DNA of 35,077 nt, from NCBI RefSeq assembly GCF_004010195.1, contig NC_057752.1:727908-762984 (forward strand), written 5' to 3'. A model generated the notes under the pieces. That model had not been told where the DNA came from and made no database searches. It was given only the letters and a program-made list of their open reading frames with translations. Positions 32,303 through 35,077 of this stretch are shown piece after piece. This stretch comes from Chiloscyllium plagiosum (taxonomy: Eukaryota). Each line of letters begins with the position of its first letter. Within the stretch, counting starts at the first letter, position 1. Position numbers and translations under genes: made by a program.

Positions 32303-34185
32303 GCAAAATAACTCCACAGAGGCCGGTATCCTATCACCAAGCCACCCTTTATTTACCTGTGGAGAGACCTGAACACTGATCCAGCTGTCAATATGTGAGA
32401 ATGTCTGACAAGTTTTGTTTTGAAAAAAAAACACCATTGCATTTGAACTTTATCCAATATATCCACCACCAGGAAAAACACCATGTGGCCAGTGAACTAT
32501 TAACAAGCAAAGCCTGACAAGGGCAATGCCGATGGGAAAAAGTAAAGGGAGGAGGTAGGAATTAAATCAAAATGGACTTCGAGGGGAAGTAAAGAACTCC
32601 GATACCCACGGTGCCCTTCTGTCCCTAAAGGCATCGAGAGCATAGGTGGAGACCACATGCTTTCTCTCCTGGACACTTGGGCTTGAACATAACCACGGAA
32701 GTGGCGCATGCAGTCCTGTTCTTATCTGTCAGCCAGGCATTCCCGATTTTGGGCTATTTCTGGTTCAATCAGGAAACTCATAGTTTATGACGTCCACCTG
32801 GCTGACTTTGTTACAAGCACTCCAACTCCCCCTCTGAGTCTGAGGACATAGGCTGATTCTTCTTCTTGTAGCTCCTCCTGAGGCATTTTAGCAATGGGTC
32901 AGGTTCCTCCAATTCTGCTGTAGATACGGACAGTGTGTAACGCTCACCTCTTATGCCTGGAGCATCTTGGAAGAAACTCATTATCCTCTTCGGGTGACAA
33001 AGGCATTGAGGTGGCAACATCCGCCATGTCCGTTTCAGATTCTGAGGTCTCTTGAACACTTGATGCAGAGGGAGAACCCAGGGGATTCACCAGCCTTTCT
33101 GACTATTTTGAGAAGTCAGGCACATTTCGCTCCTGCCCTTTTTTCAAGTTTGCAGCTTTCATATGGGCTTCATGCTTGTTCAGGACTGTCGACCCTACCC
33201 GAACTTCGTGTGTCACTGGACCTGACCTTGCGTTGACTATGCCCCTTACCCATGCAGGGCCATTTCTGTGATTTCTCCACCAAACTTCATTCCCTGAATT
33301 AAACTGTCTCTCTCGCTTAGTGGAGTCCGGCAGTGGTGTTCCTGATGCAGTTTCAAGCCCTGGTCAACATGTCAGGTGCCTTCACTCCTTTGATAGCCCC
33401 TAGACCTTCCTGAAAAGCCTCCAGGTATGTAATTAGGAATTCACGCAGGCAGCCATTCTCTAATCAAAAAATGTTGAGCCAATCAGGGTGAATCTTTCTC
33501 AACTAATTTCGCCCCATTAAGCTTGGGCCCAAACATTTACGGCAATCAGTGGTAACTAAACCAGTTGTTCTCAGAAAGGACCAGAACTGAAGTTGTACCT
33601 TTCCTTTGTGAAGGTTCCCCAATGTAGATTCTCAGTCTAGCTGAGGCCTTGCGCAAACGTAAGAGTTAGAGTCCAGAACAAATTTTGTTAAAGATTTGTT
33701 CTGTGATCGCTGAAACGGCCATGCCTGTACTGACCTCTATTAGAACCGTGTGACCATTTAACCAGATGTTTGTTTTTATTGGTTCTGATTGGGATGTTGC
33801 TAAGCAATTTAACTGTTCCAAACCAGATGTAAGTGGGATTTCCAGGGTGTGCACTTGCCTGGATACCGGCCTATGAGTTCCCTTGCTCAGTTTAGGTCAA
33901 ATGTGCCTGTTTTGCGGTCTTGAGAATGCATACCGGCAGCAACTACAGTGGCTTGCAGGTCCATATCCTGAAGAAAAGGTTAACTGTTTGGCTGAGGCTT
34001 GGCTTTGATTTGGGGTTTTGTTGTGGGCTGACCTAGAGTACCTCTGTTCTGGAATTGTCCTGAGTGAGGCTAAGCAGTTGTCTTCTCTCAAGTGGTGTCC
34101 TCCAAGCTCAGTCAGCCTGGCAAGGGTGTCCACTTCCATTGGAATACCCTGTAATTCATATGCTCCACTTGCCGCATTTTCCCCT
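32303..34185 (-). mobile_element. Internally deleted Ty3/Gypsy LTR retrotransposon (gag end, protease, integrase C-terminus, PPT, 3' LTR)
   Basis: Minus strand: ENAASGAYELQGIPMEVDTLA, retropepsin-like EPIKTNIWLNGHTVLIEVSTGMAVSAI (DTG mutated to STG), GPSLMGRN, GLGAIKG, then directly NHRNGPAWVRGIVNARSGPVTHEVRVG (integrase C-terminal type), PPT GAGGGGGAGT (32825-32834) and an interrupted LTR at 32303-32824. Confidence 0.85.
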
Positions 34186-34370
34186 AGTTCTCAAATTGAT
34201 GAGTAAAAACAATGACATCTCAGAATTAGAGGAGGCTTGGGGTTGTAGTATTCCTTAACTAAATCCCTCAACTTCTGAAAAGTGTTTGTATCTGGTGCCT
34301 CAGTTAGGCTCCTAATAACCTAAAAGGCCGCTGGTCCACATGCTGTCTGGAGAATTACTCAATGGCCCAA

Positions 34371-34684
34371 CATTCACTGCTCTCTGTGAAAGAGAATTCC
34401 AAAGCTTAATGACTCTTTGAAAGAAGAACTCTCTCCTCAACTCTGTCTTGAATGGGAGACCTGTTATTTTGAAACTCTGCTCCTAGTTCTCGACTCTCCC
34501 AAAAACACAAACATTATCTCAGCATCTGTCCTGTCAAGCCCCCCGAGAAGCTTGTATGTTTTCAATAAGATCGTCTCTCATTCTTTTTAAATTCCAATAA
34601 GTATCGGCCCAACCTGCTCAACCTTTCTTCATAAGAGAAACTCTTTCATCTCTGCAATAAGCCAAGTGAATATTCTCTGAACTG
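34371..34684 (-). mobile_element. Old CR1 3' ORF2 fragment
   Basis: Reverse complement contains TATGAAGAAAGGTTGAGCAGGTTGGGCC..GAATGAGAGACGATCTTATTGAAAACATACAAG (YEERLSRLG..RMR.DLIE.YK). Confidence 0.8.
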
Positions 34685-34687
34685 TTT

Positions 34688-35077
34688 AGAGGGAAATCAG
34701 GAGGGCAAAAAGGGGACATGAGATAGCTTTGGCAAATAGAATTAAGGAGAATCCAAAGAGTTTTTACAAATACATTAAGGACAAAAGGGTAACAAGGGAG
34801 AGAATAGGGTCCCTCAAAGATCAGCAAGGCAGCCTTTGTGTGGAGTCGCAGGAGATGGGGCAGATGCTAAATAAGTATTTTGCATCAGTATTTACTGTGG
34901 AAAAGGATATGGAAGATATAGACTGTAGGGAAATAGATGGTCACATCTTGCAAAATGTCCATATTACAAAGCAGCAAGTGCTGGATGTCTTGAAACGGGT
35001 AAAGGTGGATAAATCCCTAATACCCGATCAGGTTTACAGTAGAATTCTGTGGGAAGCTAGAGAAGTGATTGCTGGGC
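34688..35077 (+). mobile_element. CR1 ORF2 fragment, same subfamily as 29275-32130, opposite orientation (runs off window)
   Basis: REIRRAKRGHEIALANRIKENPKSFYKYIKDKRVTRERIGSLKDQQGSLCVE matches the minus ORF at 31419-31826. Confidence 0.93.

Noticed and set aside
28562..35077. Next AGAP exon (P-loop, G..G...SGKS.LVHR)
   Set aside because: I found no matching peptide with splice sites; it presumably lies beyond the window.

Overview
Eukaryotic, repeat-rich intronic DNA, almost certainly from a shark: it carries HE1/V-SINEs, CR1/HER1-type LINEs and SacSINE1-like DeuSINEs. The HE1 variant resembles that of bamboo/epaulette sharks (inference). The only host coding sequence I can support is one 59-nt + strand exon (28503-28561) encoding (E)AFVNSQEWTLSRSVPELRL, the conserved second exon of an AGAP/centaurin-gamma gene, most like AGAP2/PIKE. 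The rest appears to be its flanking introns (>28 kb upstream, >6.5 kb downstream), filled with decayed CR1 LINEs, SINEs, Ty3/Gypsy remnants and solo LTRs, a Tc1/mariner-type MITE and many Penelope-like element (PLE) pieces. The most notable signal is about ten minimal hammerhead-ribozyme motifs carried by the PLE termini. Three have intact cores on the sense strand and two of these bracket the exon. One motif is split by a 2.9-kb CR1 insertion. Three occur in ~100-130 bp TSD-bounded inserts that each begin 4-5 nt before the catalytic core. Most ORFs in the supplied track are TE fragments or noise. Family names come from recalled consensus features, not database searches.
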